Below, one piece after another: positions 60,287-64,000 of a DNA stretch of 64,000 nucleotides. The notes below the pieces were generated by a model. It was given only the letters and a program-made list of their open reading frames with translations, had not been told where the DNA came from and made no database searches. The translations under genes were made by a program, and so were the position numbers. Every line of letters begins with the position of its first letter. Position 1 is the first letter of the stretch. Source of the stretch: Marsupella aquatica (lineage: Eukaryota > Plantae > Marchantiophyta); contig OZ316897.1 in the NCBI GenBank assembly GCA_973895155.1, forward strand, positions 20,984,260 through 21,048,259, read 5' to 3'.

Positions 60287-63146
60287 ATGCAGCACGACGA
60301 GGTGATCTGGCAGGTCATAGGGCATCACAATTGCAGCTTCAGAGCCACGTGAGTAGAAGTTCGATTTCAATGGACTTTTCCTTTCACCTCTTCCTCCTAT
60401 TTGCTACATGTGTCTCGTTTAGGATCGACCTTCTAGCTCTGTGTTCATCAGGGAAGTTCTCCAAAATCGATGCTCTGCTCCTGGCCACTCATCTCTGCGG
60501 TGACTAAATTCTGTGTCGTGGGCTTGGTCGGCTGTCCGTAATAAGGATGGAATTGGGGCTTTTGGAGCCGCGGTCGTAGTTGGTGTTGCTGTCACAGTCT
60601 AAAATGTTCACTAGATTCCCAGTCTAATTTATGTTTCCTTTTTTAGGTGAGACTAGTTAAAATATAGTCCCATCGATTGCGTTGGTTTATGGTCTTAGTT
60701 GTCCAGGGAACGAGCAGTTGGTTCTGACACTGTCTTGCCAAGCTTCTGCTCAACAGATCAGATTTAGGTTCCAGGTAGAAATTGTGCGAGAGAACTGTTG
60801 CACAACAGTTTTGTAAGATTTCGGTCTGTAATGATGATTCGCTTGCAAACTCATTTCTTGTCATAGTCCACTCTTAACTTCGCTTTGGGTTTAAAGGCTT
60901 CCGCGGTTTTTACTTTTCCCTTCATTGCTTGCCCTATTGCGAGGGGCTCACCCGCTAAAATGCCGTTTCTATTCCTGGGGTTAATTTTTGCCTTTCTGTT
61001 TGCAGAACTCAGACCCAAAACTTCTGTAGAAATGAGTACAACGTGACGGGACTATGCAATAGAAGCTCATGTCCATTATCTAATAGTCGGTATGCGACCA
61101 TTAGAGAGCATAATGGTACGTCTCCCTTTCCAATTTGCGTGTCTTGCCCGATTTTGGGTTTGATGAAATGGTGACAAGTGCACCAGTCCATCGGTTCATG
61201 AATAACTTTGCCAAGTGATTCGGTGTTGGCAGGATTGCTTTACTTGTATATGAAAAGCATTGAGCGTGCGCACGCTCCGAAAGATCTTTGGGAGAGAGTC
61301 AAGCTACCAAGGAATTATGACAAAGCACTCGAAATCATTGATAAGAATCTAGTAAGGACCCATCTATCTGAACCATGAAAGCCTTAATTATTCAGAGTCC
61401 TTTGTATGGAAAAATAGTAACATTACAGAGGAAATTGTTAGGTCCTTGTCATGCTGGTAGAAAACGCTTGGGCGATGTCGTTCGGCTTTAGTACCTCGTT
61501 CAAGCAATACTTATATTAACGTTATACTTTTTCGTCTTGTAGGATAGGTGCTTTCATACTGATATTTTCGATATTCGTTAAGCTTGCAGATTTTGGAGTT
61601 GGTGGATCTGGTTTAGGGACATTATCTAATAAACTTGTGGTAACAGGAATTCTGGCCCAAGTTTCTTGTGCACAAAAACAAGCAGCGGCTAACGAAAATG
61701 ACTCAGTATCTTATTCGGATGCGGAAGCTGTCTCTCAAAGTCAAGTAAGCTTCATGCTTGTCCCCCTCTCTCTCTTGTCATAAAGTGGCCATTTTTTCAA
61801 TTGTGAGCCGAATGGACGTGGTTTGTGCCTTACACATTTCCATCGAGATGGTGTTTTTGATGGCAGGCCGAAGCTTGTCACTATGCCTGCAAAGCAAGTA
61901 CAGAGGGAGAAACGCCGAGAAGCCAAAGCTGAAGTAGCTGCTGTCCTCGATAGGGTATGTCTCTCGGTCTTGATAACATGGCATTTATCTGTACTCGACA
62001 TTTCTCGTAGTTGTTTTTTGAAATGTGGAATTGTCGGAGTTCTCTACAACTGATGTTGCATCGGAGGTTTCGTATGCGGAGCTTGACCCTTACTATCTAC
62101 GGCATGCTCCTTTAACTCCATGACCTGGCTGCAGTCAATCGAGAAAGAGTTGCTGCAGCGATTGCAGAGTGGTACATATGGTGATATTTACAACTTTCCT
62201 GTTAAGGAGTATGAGAAAGTTCTAGCAATGGAAGAGATGGAAGCTGCTGATGACGAAGAGGACGAGGAAGAAGAGGAAGAAGAAAAGGTTGGATCACAAA
62301 TCTTGCTCGCACCAGTTTTTAGTGATGACTACGTAAATTAGCGTACTGGACAAAGCAAGTGAGGATCTGAGGCATGCCTCCTTATGTATATGGTGTTGGT
62401 TGAGAATCGGAGGAAGAGGAGTTCTGATTAAAGCCATTCTCATGTTGGTGTTCCATTTTAACAATCTGGTGCTCATCATGTTCTCCCTTTGTCATCTTTC
62501 AGGAGCCCGAAGTAGAGTACGTAGAGGGATACGAAATGGAAGACGAAGATGACATTGAAGACTTCAAAATGGGAATGTCTATGAATGACAGCGATGAATC
62601 AGAGTCGGAAGAAGGTGAGATGGTTATTCACCTCACTTTTGTTCAAGGTGTTTTCTTTTAGTGCTTTTTACGCATTAGTATCGTGTAAATATATATGAGC
62701 AGCAGTATTGAGAGCAATACTAAAGTTCCTTTGGGTTCCCGGTATACACAGAATTGCCGAAGAATTCATCTAAGAGGAAAGATGGGGTTCAAGCGAACAA
62801 GAGAGATACAAATAGCTGGGATGATGCAGCAACTTCCAAAATTGCTGCCAAGAGAAGGAAAAAGGGAGGGCACGTTGAGGTATGTTTACCTCGTTAGTTG
62901 TTCCTCAGAATCATCGCTAGAATGGTTTATACTCAAAGGCATACTAAAAACTTCGCAATGATTGACAGGAGCTTGCTGAGAATGTACTACTACTAGACTG
63001 CCCCGAATGCTAATTAACATGAGAAGTGACTATCCTAAGATGCATCTAACCCCAATTTATATGCATTCTAATATCTATTTGTGGGGTTTGTACTACAGAT
63101 CGAGTATGAGCAAGAGCAAGAAACTCCATCGATACCTGATTTTTAA
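60287..63146 (+). CDS. MAK16: MAK16 60S ribosome biogenesis protein, multi-exon
   Basis: [110 protein letters not shown], acidic tail, final exon 63099-63146 IEYEQEQ...*. Confidence 0.97.
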
Positions 63147-64000
63147 GTTTTCAATTTTCAGCCCCATTTTTATCGGTTCATTACTTGTGTGCTTGAGTTG
63201 AAGAAGGAGCGGAGTTTGAGCTCAGAGCTTCTTCGGAAGGAAACTGGAGGATCTAATGCTAGAAAGCCACACCAAATTTTAGTTTGTTTAGTTTTGTTAG
63301 CTTCTTGTTGGGAGTCGCAACCAAGAAAGCAAGTCCTTATCACAATTTTGTAGCATGTACCACTAACATTAGAGCCTGTGGAAAGTAAAGATCTCTTACA
63401 TACAAATATGTTGCACTGTACTTATTAGAGCCCGTCAGATTCGAGCCTGTAGAAATTTAGGTATACTGTACTTTTTCGTTGTGTTTGCCAGTATGAGTCC
63501 TGGAGGGGCTATCATACGGGCAGGAATTTCTTTTGCAAATGATCAGAAGTACTGAAGCAATATGGTGGTTTCATTTCCGAACGGAGGATATTGGTTCATC
63601 CTTAGGATCAGCACTTCGAAATTGAATATCCATGGGATTAGTCGTCGTTACCTGCCTCAGTTACAGTTTCTAATTCGATTTGGGTGTACTAAGAACGATC
63701 AAGCAGGGCCCGAGCGAAGTTTAGGGGGTCTGTGTTTAAAATTTGAGCTCGAGTAAAACTCAGGTTGCATGCAAAAAATGTGTATGTCGTTGTGACCAAA
63801 GTACGAGCTTCTCCCTCTACCTCGTCTGGTTTTCATGCATCACAACGGGCTTGTCAGGTGAGGGTGTCGTTACAGGAAGTGGGGCCATTTGTTACTTTTT
63901 TGCACCAAAGCAAATTGGAGTTACTTCTTGTTCTAAAGATAGACTGTAAATTTTAGAAGATTAAAATTTCAATAAATCCAAATCCTCTTGATGTAGAGCA

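Overview
Intron-rich land-plant genomic DNA; a bryophyte/liverwort origin is only an impression. Recognisable genes: POLD2 (3402-8066,+), an MS1/MMD1-family PHD-finger gene (21207-24228,+), an At5g02830-like PPR gene (47221-55671,-) and MAK16 (60287-63146,+). The centre holds a decayed PIF/Harbinger transposon (30274-42639; TAA TSD, 22-bp TIRs, transposase and Myb/trihelix pseudogenes). A young, full-length Ty1/copia element (30320-36850,-; CCGGC TSD, 439-bp LTRs) has inserted just inside its left end. Top finding: in this otherwise intact copia element, gag and pol are in the same frame but separated by one UGA, followed by a predicted H-type pseudoknot, which suggests programmed stop-codon readthrough. 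Other candidates: a five-exon 147-aa gene not seen in the ORF track (24742-26317,-), a 257-aa antisense ORF nested in a PPR intron, and a non-coding locus at 44-46 kb with a pre-miRNA-like hairpin, a ~120-bp repeat array and a dense GTAC cluster. All splice models and RNA structures were derived by eye and need computational or RNA-seq confirmation.
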